Shown: positions 12,263 to 24,230 of the stretch, one piece after another
Layout: every line of letters starts with the position of its first letter
Position numbering within the stretch: the first letter of the stretch is position 1
From: Vicugna vicugna
Taxonomy: Eukaryota
Direction of reading: 5' to 3'
Assembly: GCA_013265495.1 (NCBI GenBank)
Contig: MU058065.1
Location: forward strand, 9,527,720 to 9,591,719
Length of the DNA stretch: 64,000 bases
Program-made: the position numbers and the translations under genes
Notes under the pieces: model-generated
Seen by the model: the letters and a program-made list of their open reading frames with translations, nothing else
Databases searched by the model: none
Told to the model about the DNA's origin: nothing

Positions 12263-14899
12263 AATTTTATTAAGAATGAAACTTAAGATTATTTCACTTA
12301 GTGGTTTTCAGTGGCCTTTTTTCCCTTCACACTAGTATGTTACCATCCATACTAAGATTGTTACTGGTAAGTTTTTGTTAATAGTAGCAGCCAACATTTT
12401 GGCATTATCCTAAAGGCTCTACATTCATTATTTCATTCTATTATCAGAACAGCAGGTATACAATACATTTTACACACAGAGAAAATGAAATTTGGAGACG
12501 TAAAGTAACTGCCGGGAACACAGATTGAGGAAATGTTTGGACTATGAGTCAGACAGGCCCACTCCAATGCCAAAGTCATTTCCCTAACCACTACATCGTT
12601 ATTGACAATAGTAGTATTGAAGGTTTCCAAGATTCCTCTAGTTTTTTAAATGAAGGGAACTCAAGAATCTCTCACTTGCACTCCAATATGTTGTTTTGAG
12701 GGAGAGAGGCCAGAATCATGGCTAATATGAGGAAAATGGTGAGAAATTATGTATGCTCATTAAGTCTCTAGTATGTTTGTCACAGTAAGATTGAGACCTG
12801 ATTTAGACTTACTTAATCAGGCAATTCTAATTATTGAAACTGAGTTTAGTCCAACACTACAGTACTCTCCAATTCAAGGTTCTAAATATTTTTCATTCTA
12901 GTTTTTTCATAATCCTGAAATGCTTACTTGATGTTTTAGCTTCATTTTAAAAAAAACTAGTTTAAAGTGTTTTTTTCACTCTACATTCATTCATGTTTTA
13001 GACTTGTTCATTCAAACAGCTACCATTTATTGCCTTCATAATGTCTAAAAAATGCCAAGTCTGTAGAAAAAGCTTATTGCATCAGTGGCTTGTTTTCATA
13101 GTCTTTCCTGGAAGGCCCCAATTTCCTTCTTGATGACCTGGTTTGGGTTCACAAGCTATACTGGGTTTCACTTTGGTGACCTCCAAGTGGGTCTTATTCA
13201 CACTACCTTTGGGATATGTAAGCTAGTTCAGCTACTCATATTTTAGTGTACTGTTTTTCAATGTTAAATTAAATATATATCAATTATTATTTAATTTATT
13301 ATTACCCTCTCTGCCTAAATTCAGAATAAACAGAGGGAGATGCAGAGGCTGGGTAAATGGAGATGAAATAGCTTTATTACTGAGAAGCTGACAGAGCTCA
13401 TGGCTTTGGATTGCTGCCCAAAAGAACTTTCTAACACTCTGCTCCTTAGTTAATCTGATTTACAACCAGTCACTGGCATGGCTGTGATCTTTAGACTTTG
13501 CCCTCCAGTGCAGACTGCCCAAGGTAGGAGGGCAGACTGGAAGGCAGACGATCTGATGAGAGAAAATGAAGGGCACTGGGAAAGCTGAACCGTGCCCACA
13601 TGCCAGATTTTTTCCCCCATTTCCTCAGCTGTGTAACTCCCTCCCAAGCCATGGCTCATGGTTTGGTGACCTGAGTTTCTACTAAATTTTAGCCCCCGCT
13701 TACCCCAACTGCACCAATGTACCTGCAGAGCCAGATCACTCCTCCTAGCCATGGGAAAAATGAATGAGGAGATGGAGGGTGCTGGAGTGCTTCTCATGCT
13801 TGCTCCTTCTGCGAGATTTACAACGGCTTGAACTCCTGGATCCAGCTGGATATAAAGCTACCTGTACTCCTGATTTTCCCAGTTGTGATCAAATATAAAT
13901 TCTCTTTCTTTAAGCCAGTTTGACATAGGTTTTTGTCATTTCCAAACCTGAAGTTCTGACGATACCTTAGCTAATTTTCTTATGTTTAATAAAATCAATT
14001 TCAAGAAACATATTGTGTGGCCATAGGAAAATACCATCTTTTCCAGTACCGAAAATGAGCCTCCTTTGAGTGTACATTAGGTTTCTACTGGATATGGAGA
14101 TGGCGGCCCTTGTGAAATCTTTGTAACACGGTCTTATGGACAGGCTTTCCAAGTTCCCAACACAGCCCCTTTGCCCTCTCCCTTTGGATCTGGGGTGGTA
14201 AGTTTCAGTATTACTGATTCTAGCGAACTACACCACCCCTTGGAGTTCCTCTACCTACCCACACCTTTTGTAAACAGTCCTTTGATTAAACTCCTTGAGT
14301 TACTCTACTTGTTAAAGTATCACATAAAAAAAGGAATGAAGTGTTCTGTTTTGTTGTGTTTTTGCAGGGGAGGGGTAATGTGCTATGGCTTTTGGTGTAC
14401 TAGTCTCAGATGAATGTATTCTTTCTTTCTACATTTCCCCCCTTTTTCTTCTCTTTAACCAAGGAGAAAGAATCTAAAATGTCATTTCTAATCTTCATTT
14501 TTTTCTTATTTCCTATCTACTAACTTTATTTGATATTAAAAGAGTACTATACATAATTTAAATTTCTTCTTGGAGGGGTATTTTAAATGGTGCTGAAGTG
14601 ATGCTGAGGTTCTTTTAGCTACTCAGCATAAACAAATCAATAGCTTTCACCACATTTCAAAATAACTAATGAGAAAACACAATGGAAAAAAGACACATCC
14701 CATGTACAATACTATGAAAGGCCATGAAAAGTTTATGAGTAGCCTTGACAAGAGCTGTGCATGACCTATATGAAGACAATCATATAACTTTATTCAATGT
14801 ATGAAGAAGGTGAGTAATAATATAAGCTAGCATTTCTATATACTCTGTGCTTTCCCTGTGTCATTTCCTTATCTATGAAGCCGAGAAGTACTGCAGTAG

Positions 14900-15250
14900 C
14901 TAGCACACAGCACTTGAGCCTGCCTCAGTTTACCTAACTTCTCTGCACTTCAGTTCCTCCATCTGCAAAACCAGGAGAGGTACAATATGTGTCTCACAGA
15001 ATTGTTATAAGATTTAAATGTCACTACAAATAAAGTGCCTAGAACAGTGCCTGGCAAATAGCAAGCTATTCGTTATTTTCACCACTTGTAACAACCACCT
15101 CATGACACAGGGATCATTATTCTAATCATGTTATAGAGGAAGAAGTTGCTATCAGGGAGACTAGGGGCTTGTCTCATGTCATCCAACAAGTAAATGACTG
15201 GGATTCCTATGCTGGCCTGACCAACTCAAGAGCTAGGACTCTGTATTTAT
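14900..15250. mobile_element. MIR fragments (both orientations)
   Basis: ctctgcacttcagttcctccatctgcaaaa..ttataagatttaaatg..aaagtgcctagaacagtgcctggca core. Confidence 0.7.
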
Positions 15251-15639
15251 TACATTTTTGTTTCTAGATGAAAAGGCAATGGCATTTTGACACTCTGTGG
15301 AGTAATTCTAGAGTTCATCTGGTAGAATTAACAGGTAAAATATTTTAAAAATAGAGAACTAACAGATTAGTTATAGATGATTGCATCAAAATTTAAATAT
15401 TTCTATGCTAAAATAGAAAATAATTAGGGTGATGGAAATGTTCTGTGTCTTTACTGTAGTAGTAGTTACACAACTGTGATTTTAGTGAAAACTCTTAAAA
15501 CTTTACACTTAACAAGGAGTGAATTTTATGTGTGAAAATTATTCTGCAATAAAACTTGGAGAAAAAGAAGATAACTATAAATAAAAAAATAAACAATCAA
15601 GTAGGGGGAAATTTACCCAGATATAACAGAGTTAGTAAG

Positions 15640-16770
15640 TTTTCTATAGCACCAGCCAAAGCTAGTCAATCTAACCTATGACCTAGCAACTCTAGTCCTG
15701 TGTATACACCCAGAAATTAGTGCTTATATCTGCTAAAAGACATGTAAAGAATGTTAAAAGCAGCCTTATCCATAATAGCTCCAAACTGCAAACAACCAAA
15801 TTTCCATCAACAATAGGATGGGTAAATAACTTTTAGTACATTCATACAGTGGAAAATAACACAGCAATGAAAAAGAATGAATGATATATGCAACATGGAT
15901 GAATCTCTCAAACCTAATGTTGAATGAAAGAAGCCTGACACAAGAGTACATACAGTATGTTTCCACTTATAAGTACAATACAGGCTAAATTTATCTATGA
16001 TGGTAGAGATTAGAATAGTGGCTATCTGCGAGTGATGACTGCGGACTGGGAGGAGATACACAGGAGCTTCCAGGTAAAAATGATCTATATCCTTATGCAC
16101 CCCAATGTTCACAGCAGCACTATTTACAATAGCCAAGATATGGAAGCAACCTAAATGTTCATCCACAGATGCATGGATAAAGAGGCTGTGGTATATAGGT
16201 ACATGTATGTATGTATGTATCTATCTATATATAGATGCATACACACACACATACACACAACGAACTTGGTGGGTATTATGCTTAGTGAAATAAGCCAGAC
16301 AGAGAAAGACAGATACTGTATATTATCACTTATTATGTGGAGTCTAAAGAAAAAAAAAGACAAACTAGTGACTATAACAAAAAAGACACAGACTCACAAA
16401 TATAGAAAATAAACGAGTGGTTACCAGTGGGAAGAGGGAAGGGGGGAGAGGCAAGATAGGAGTAGGGGATTAAGAGGTACAAACTACTATGTATAAAATA
16501 AACTACAAAAATATAGACAGCAAACAGGGAATATAGCTAATATTTTATAATAACTATAAATGGAGTATAACCTTTAAAATTTGTGAATCACTGTGTTGTA
16601 CACCTGAAACTTATAGAACATTGTAAATCAACTACACCTCAGTAAAAGATGTTTTGTATTTTGATCTGGGTGGTGGTTATATGGATGTGTACATATGTAA
16701 AAATTCGTTGAACTGTACACTAAGATTTGTTTGCTTTCCTGTATGTAAACTACACCTCAAAAAAAAAAGG
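15640..16770 (+). mobile_element. Old L1ME-like 3' fragment interrupted by a younger L1 3' end (~16093-16648)
   Basis: Old element: gcaacatggatgaatctctcaaacctaatgttgaatgaaagaagcc ... resumes at ttgatctgggtggtggttatatgg. Inner element encodes MFTAALFTIAKIWKQPKCSSTDAWIK (ORF2 end) plus 3' UTR. Confidence 0.85.
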
Positions 16771-17899
16771 ATCTAATATGAATTAATACAATGGGCAAAG
16801 GGCTTGAGAACACAAAAGAAATCAACTGACAACAGTTAGGGACACAAAGATACATACTCTATCTCACTAATCAGACAAATGCAAATAAAGCTATTTTTAA
16901 GTTAAAATACCCACAGCTGAGCAAGATAGGAAGTTGTAAGGAAGATGCCGAGATGACGGTTTGTGTGCAAATGATTATCAAGAAAGTTCTTAAAAGAGGA
17001 ACCAGTGAGGGAGTGGAGGTAGAAGAAAAGAGGAGGGGAACTCTGTAGTGTAAACAACACTGCGTAGTTTATTCTGCCTCAAGGCAAGTGATCTGTGCTT
17101 TCATACTCCTCTACTAGTCAGAGGTGGGCTTCCTGCTGCCCTGGGATGAGAGGATGGAACGTCACTGCTCCCCCCACTCCACCCCATTTCTGGCTCCCAG
17201 TGCATCCTGCTTAAGGGGCTCCTGTAGCCCAAGGGTAATTCCCTGAAGAAGGTTGCCAGGAGTAATGTTAGAGTTAAATGTGCAGAAGCTGGGGGATGGG
17301 CAGATACTATCAAACAATAAAGGGGATCCAGGGAATCTAGTGGAGTGTTGATGGTATCTGCAACAACTGTCTTCATGCCAGGTTAGGAGGTTAGTAGCTT
17401 GAGGTATCATCTTGCATGAGATTGTAATGACCAATTACGACCAGTTAAGCGAGCAGACAAATAAAGTCAGGAATAAATGAGTGGTCCTTCTTCAAACTAC
17501 TCTTTCTAATAAGCTTCCCATACTTTGTACACAAAATAAGGCGCTTTTTTGCCAAGTTTAGCTAAAGGGAGATGGAGGAGATTTACAGGCAAAACGGTGG
17601 AGTTGATTTATTCAGAAAACCTTCAGATCTTATTCAGATCTTAGAATGTGATGAGTCATGTATAGGCTTGTGTTGTGAAACTGTGTGTGTTTGTTCTCTT
17701 GCAGGCCTACCTGGTCAGCCTCCATTCTTGTCCTACTCGTGCAGTCATACGCAGCCCCGCTTCTGCTAGACTACTTTGCAGTTTATCATATTTAATCTTA
17801 ATGACATCCTGTGAGGCAGCAGAGCCAGATGTTTTCCAGATGAGGAAAGGAAGGTTAAATCCTTCCTTTGCAAACCTAGCAGCACACCACAGCCACTTG

Positions 17900-18010
17900 T
17901 GAGAGCTATGTAAACTACAGTTTGGAGTGCCTGGAGGTGGGGACAATCCCTGTTTTTTAAAAAGCTCCCAAAGTGATCCTGGAGTACAGCCAGATTTGGG
18001 AACACAGGGA
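17900..18010. mobile_element. MER5-like hAT-Charlie fragment
   Basis: tgttttttaaaaagctcccaaagtgatcctggagtacagccagatttgggaaca. Confidence 0.6.
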
Positions 18011-18600
18011 TTAAGTTACCTTCCCAGGGTCCTGAGGAAAGTAGGAAAACACACCCAGGCCATTACTGTATTTTTTCGTTCATCCCACCTACCTATTTGT
18101 TGAACATTTACTTTGTGACAAGGATTCTGCTAAATACTGGGACTGCAACAGAGGAAAGACAGTCATAATCCCCTTGGCCTCATAAAAGGTTATGGTCTGG
18201 GGAAGGATTTAGGGTGTAAGTGGGAGGAGCTGGGTATCACACCACACAGGTCCCAGGACAGCATTCAAAAGTTGGGCAGACAAAGCCTGCAGTGAACTTG
18301 GGGATGAGATGCATATTGAACTATTAATTCCAAATATGCTAAGTCTCATTAAAATCAGAGCTTTGGTGTATTTGGGGAATGATAATATCAATCATCTTCA
18401 CATACAGGAGAGTCGCTGGTCACTTGGGGCCACTGGCAGTGTCCTGTGAAGACAATCAGCACTGCTAACTGGTTATATTTATACCAAGTGCTCTCTTTTA
18501 TTAAAACATTACAGAAGCCCATGGGTGGGCTGCCACACGGAGGGGCCCCTGATCTTTTGATCTCAAATTCCACAAACCAGATTAAACTCCCTACCATGGA

Positions 18601-18630
18601 ATTTTTTTTCTTTTCTTTTCTTTTCTTTTC

Positions 18631-18661
<31 letters not shown>
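18601..18661. repeat. (TTTTC)n simple repeat
   Basis: Direct reading of the sequence. Confidence 0.9.
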
Positions 18662-20479
18662 ACAGTTCTCTAAGCCAAAGACAATCCTGCAGAGAACTTG
18701 CCTAGGGTCCAAACAGATATACAGTTTATTGTTTATTTCCCATCTTTTTGTAATGGTTCAGTAGAGGATTAGGGAGGTTTTTTAGATAAGACAGGCAGAC
18801 ATATGGCATTTGGTGAAGTTGAGCACACAGATTTTAAGGTTTTAAGGCCTTTAGACCAGTGTTCCCCCAAAGCAAGTGTGAGCCATTTTGTCTGAGTCCT
18901 GCGGCCTAGCACTTGGTGAGGGCAATGGGATGGGACCTCCCTTACATGAGGATTGTAGAATAAAGGCTTTCCTGCATCAGGGCAGCTCCACGGAGAGTCC
19001 AGGGAAGAGATGTGGGGACTTGATTCCAGCATGCTTTCCTTTACACAGCAGCTGCCAACACACAGACCATGTGCCCCACAAAGTTGGGCTCTCTTGGTGT
19101 TTAAAAATATAATCTATTTCTTCAACGTATCCTTAGCAGATTTTTAGCAAGCCTCAAGATAATTTTAAAGAATGATTTAGTCTTCTTAATACTATTCTTA
19201 TAGATTCTTGCTGTTCTGATTTATTGTCATACTGTCTTGTCATGTTGAATTCATCAAATTCCTCATGACAATCATGTCAATTTCTTTAAATTCTTCTCCT
19301 TTTTGTTCCTCTTTGGTATCATTTATGATCTCATTTGGGGGGGAGTGCTACTGGAGCTGGTTAAGTTTTGGATTTCAAAGTGTCTCCGTGAAGCCAGTAT
19401 AACATCAACAAAGCAAGTAATTAAACTGAGTAGGTGCTGACTGTGGATGAAGCGTATGCCAAGTTGTTAACAGAGAAGTCATTAAGCAAAATGACTACTA
19501 AACTCAATAAAGCAAGATTTGCCCTGGATAAGCTACCCTGGGACCAGACAAGTTGACTATATTTGGCAAATTTTCAACCAGGGAGAAGGTTGAAGACAAA
19601 AGATAACTCAGACCTAAACAACCTTTCAGAGTTTGGGGAACTACAGGCAATCTCAAAAGATCATCGTGTCCAAGCCCTGCTCTTAAAAAACACATGATTA
19701 ACCGATCATTCTGGGCTATATTCCTGTCCACTCTAGTTTTCAAAGTTAATCAGAATAGACATGCAACCAATTTATTAAAACCAGTTCCAGTGTTTAATGC
19801 TTCTAAATGGCTCTTCCTTGTTCCAAATGAATGTTCTCCCACATTTAAGATGCTTTCCTTGGTCAAATTTCTGGCCTCTTGAAAGGAATTGCTCATCATC
19901 TTTTTCATTAAAGGGATTAAACTTACAGGATCTAGACCCAGATTGCCTTGGACCTATGGCTTTTTAACCTCTTTCTTAGTCAGCCTGAGTTTCTTTATTG
20001 ATGAAATGAAAATACTACCAGTTAGCTACCTCGGAGAGTTGCTGTGAGGATGAAATGAGATAACGGTTTTAAAGTTCTTGATTACTACTGGTACATGCTC
20101 AGTGTTCAGTAATGATCATAACAATATTAATAATTGTTATTAAATGCATCTTATATTTGAAGGTGGTAACTGAACCAATCTCTTAGTCTTCTGCTAAGCA
20201 TTAAAAAAAAATCGAATTCCCTTCTGAAAACTTCACAATTGCCCCACTTTTTTCCTGGAACAATCAGTCTGAAGCTCTTTAACATCATGGTTTATATCCT
20301 TACACAGTGTAAAGACTAAGAAATTTACTATATTACACGATGTGTTTTTATAACAATGACCTTGAATCTTTAAAGGAAAGATTGCATCACATTCAGTATA
20401 GTGAAATTCTTCTTAATCTGAGGAAGATGTCTGCCAATATATATGTTACTTTTTCTTTTTTGAATGAACCCTTAAAAGA

Positions 20480-21430
20480 AGAATCAGCAATTCACCAAGT
20501 CCTGAGAATATAGTGATGAAAAGTAATAGACGTGCTCTTTGCTCTTACGGTGCTTACAATCTGGCAGGAGAAGCAGATATTAATAAAATCATAAAAAAGA
20601 AGGGCCTAATTAATAAATGAGATAAGTGCTATAAAGAATGAAGCATGCTTCTGAGTGAACATATTAAATAGAAGCCTGACCTCATCAGGTTTCCCCGAGG
20701 AAGCACCTCTAGAACCGACACTAAGGAATGAGTAGGTGAGAACCCAGGGTCAAGTGAAGGGGGCCGTTAGGTTGTTAGGAGCAGCTGTAGGAGGACGCTG
20801 TTCTGCCTAAAGGGGCCTGTGGTGGGGGGTTGCGGGCGGGTGGAAGAGCATCAGGAAGAAGGGGATCAGAAAGAAACGCAGCATGGCTGGGGAGCTGATG
20901 GCAAGGGCAGGAGTACCACTGGATACGATCAGAGAAGGAGATAGGCCATCCCCTGAAGGCCCTTACTGGCCTTGCCAAGGATGCTGTCCTTATTTAAATA
21001 GTAGTGGGAAATGTCTGAAGATTTTAAGCAGGTCGTATAGAACAAGATCTGACCTACATTTACAAAGGTGACTATGACTAAAGTGTGGGAAATGGACAGG
21101 TAAGGGGGCTGGAATGGTTCAGGGAGATCAGTTAGAAGATAACTACAGAAGTGTGAGCAAGATGTATTGGTAACCTGAACTGGGGTCTTCACAGTAGAGA
21201 CAGAAAGAAATGGACTCATGTCATAAATATTTCTAGACAGGACTCGGTGATGCGTAGATAGCGGGGCTGAGGAGGAGAAAGGTGTTACAGTGACTCCTAC
21301 GTTGTTGACATGAGTAATTAAAAGGATGAACCACTTACTGAAATGGTGAACACTGTAAGAGAACCTAGTTTGGGTGTTAGATTATGAATTTTACCTTGGA
21401 CATGTTGAGTTTTATATAATTAGAAGATTT
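20480..21430 (-). mobile_element. L2 fragment
   Basis: ttttaagcagg..agatctgacctacattttacaaaggtgact..tttaccttggacatgttgagttt, antisense L2 3' region. Confidence 0.7.
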
Positions 21431-21826
21431 CCAGTGGGCATGGAGTGAAAACAAAAAAAGATAAAGCGTCCTGATGGACATTTCATTCAACTATGGTTAT
21501 CACGGTTCGTCAGTGACTGTGTTTGTGTTTGCTAGATTTAGTATCTATCTTTCTAGAACTGTTAGAACAAACCTTGCAAACTTTTCTGTAACATATTGAT
21601 AATGGCTTAGGATCTGGGTCAGTCCAGTTAAAGATGTCAGATTGAACATAAGCATTCAATTCCCTTCCTTCCTTCACCCAGCTAACAATAGAATGATTTT
21701 TAACAAAACATAAATGCACAAGGACAGATGGAATGGGATAAGAGACAACAACAATACAATTTTAGAAACTGGGAAGCAGAAAGACAAGCAGTAACTGAAT
21801 TAGGACATTCCAGAAAGCTGAATCTT

Positions 21827-21979
21827 TCTACCATATAACATGGAGAACTATATTCAATACCTTGTGATGGCCTATAATGAAAAAGAATATGGAAAGGAAT
21901 ATATATGTATATGGATCACTATGCTGCACACCAGAAATTAACACAACGTTGTAAACTGACTATACTTCAATCAAAAAAA
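21827..21979 (+). mobile_element. 5'-truncated young L1 3' end with 13-bp TSD
   Basis: TSD AAAGCTGAATCTT at 21814-21826 and 21980-21992; ends tgtaaactgactatacttcaatc(A)n. Confidence 0.9.
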
Positions 21980-23879
21980 AAAGCTGAATCTTAAACTTGA
22001 TGATAACCAATCCAATTTACAATACAGGGCCCCCAAAACCTGGAGCAACAGGTAGGAAGTAGGAGTGAGGGTGGGGATTACACAGGGGATTTGGTAGAAA
22101 GTCTTTTTAAGAAGGTGGTAGGTCCCTAATTCCCTACTCCTATTCCTTGCAGGCATTCGGCCTCTCCCTCATTCAGTATTAAACTGAAGGCTTATTCTCA
22201 TGCAAGAACTAAGAGAGGGACTCTGGACTGAGATTACAGAGAAAGGAAGAGGGTTACAACATTGAAGACTGGGGATTAAGTGTAAATTTATAAACTGTGT
22301 GTTAAGACTTTCTCAATCTTCTTCCTCCATTTAGTTTCCAGAACACTGTTAGCCAGGCTTATGTTTCCTTGGCAAAAGGCCGGAAGAATTCTCCGGGTAA
22401 TCTAACCAGCCTAAGAGAAAAGATGTTGATGTGGGTCCAGAACGTTCACTGGCCTGTGTCACATCATCCTGTAGCAAACTCAATGAAGAGCCCCCTTCCC
22501 CAAGAAGAGCATACTCTTCTCGGTGCCCCATTCTTAAAATAAAACTAGACAGCCAGTGATCACCAGATATTTAAGGAATGCCTGTTAATGCAAGCTAGAG
22601 ACCAAAACAAACAGAAGAAAGCAAGGAAACAAACTCTGCCAATAGAAAACTTAGAAAAGGAGCTATCTTGTCTTCAGAGAGATAACAGAAGACACGAAAT
22701 AACAAGACTTATCTATAAAGGGAATAATCAGTAAGCTCAGAAGAAACCTAGATATTAAAAATGTGACATCAGAAATGAGAAATTCAATGTAAGGGCTAAA
22801 AGACAAAGTTAAGGCAATCTCCCAAGAAGTAGAATAAAAAGACCAGCATATGTATAGTTTAAAAAAAAGATGAAATTTAGAAGAGCAGTTATAAAAGGTC
22901 CAACATCTAATAATAAGATTACTAAAAGAACTGATGATAGGAAATCGTAACAAGAAAATTAGTGAAAATACCCTACAATCCCAGTTTCCAGAGTTAAGGG
23001 CCCACCAACTGCCCAGAACAATGGGTAGAAATAGATGCCCACCTGAGAATATCATTATAAACTTTCACTGATATAATCCCAGCACCTATAATAGTGCCTG
23101 GCATATAATAAACACAATAAATGTGTATTGAAGAATAAACAAAAAAACTGAAAGGAGGGACAAGGAGATACAAGTACCAACTTCCAGGAAAAAAGAAAAA
23201 ACAAGTTTAATATAATAAATTAATAATCAGAACTTGTCTGTCTTCTCAATAACAACACCTGAGTCCAGAAGGCAATGGAGAAAATGCTTGCAAAATTCAG
23301 AGGAAAACTATATTTCTGTGCCCTGAAAAAGTATTACATTTAGAATGCGATTATTTTCCAATGTGCAAGGTCTCACAAATTTTACTTCCTTTTCACTATT
23401 TCTCAGGAAGCTCCTGAGCCATGGCCTTCACACACAAAAAGGAACAAACCAAGAAAGAGACAGACATAGGAATCAGGAAACAGGATCCAAGACTAGAGAG
23501 AGGTGAAGAGGATCCAGGTAATAAGGATGAAGTGGCCTCAATTTCCTCAATTTTCCAACTAGAGAGAATGCTGCAGGACATGTGACCCAGATTGGAGCAA
23601 GTCTGACTTCCCCAGAAGATGAAATGGTTAGAGTCCTCAATGCGTTTGAACATACTGGGAGGAGATTATACAATTGAGGGAGAGTTTGAATCTGTATTAA
23701 GTACAAAGAAAACTAAGTAAACAATAAAATAATTATGACAATAATTTCAGAGAAAATAGGTTATATAGGAAGGAAAAAGTAGTCACAGTGGTCTACAGGT
23801 ATTAGCTATGAATAGCATTTTCCTATTTATAATAATATGAATACTGCATATTAGATATAATGAAAACCACAGTAAGACT

Positions 23880-24230
23880 CTCTTAGTTTGTTCAAAAATA
23901 CCCAGACTGGGGTGGCTTATAAACAACAGAAATTTATTTCCCACATTTCTGGAGGCTAGGAAGTCCAAGACAGAGGCACTGGAAGCTTTGGTGTCTGGTG
24001 AGAACCTGCTTCCTGGTTCACAGACGATGCTTCTTACTGCAACCTCATAAGGCAGAAGGGGCAAGGGACCTCTTTGGGGTCTCTTTTATAAGGGCACTAA
24101 TGCCAGTCACGAGGGCTCCACCCTCAAGACCTAATCACTTCCGAAAGGTCTCACTTCCAAATATCATCACACTGGGGATTAGGTATCAACATATGAATTT
24201 TTTGGAGGCATAATCATTCAGACCACAGCA
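23880..24230 (-). mobile_element. MaLR solo LTR (MLT1A-like)
   Basis: tcttagtttg..ggtggcttataaacaacagaaatttattt..acctaatcacttcc..cattcagaccacagca. Confidence 0.85.

Noticed and set aside
9880..16130. The L1 at 7.8-9.9 kb ends where the L1 at 16.1 kb begins, as if one element had been split
   Set aside because: The 16.1-kb piece is nested in an older L1ME with its own apparent TSD, and the intervening DNA holds older repeats; independent insertions are more parsimonious
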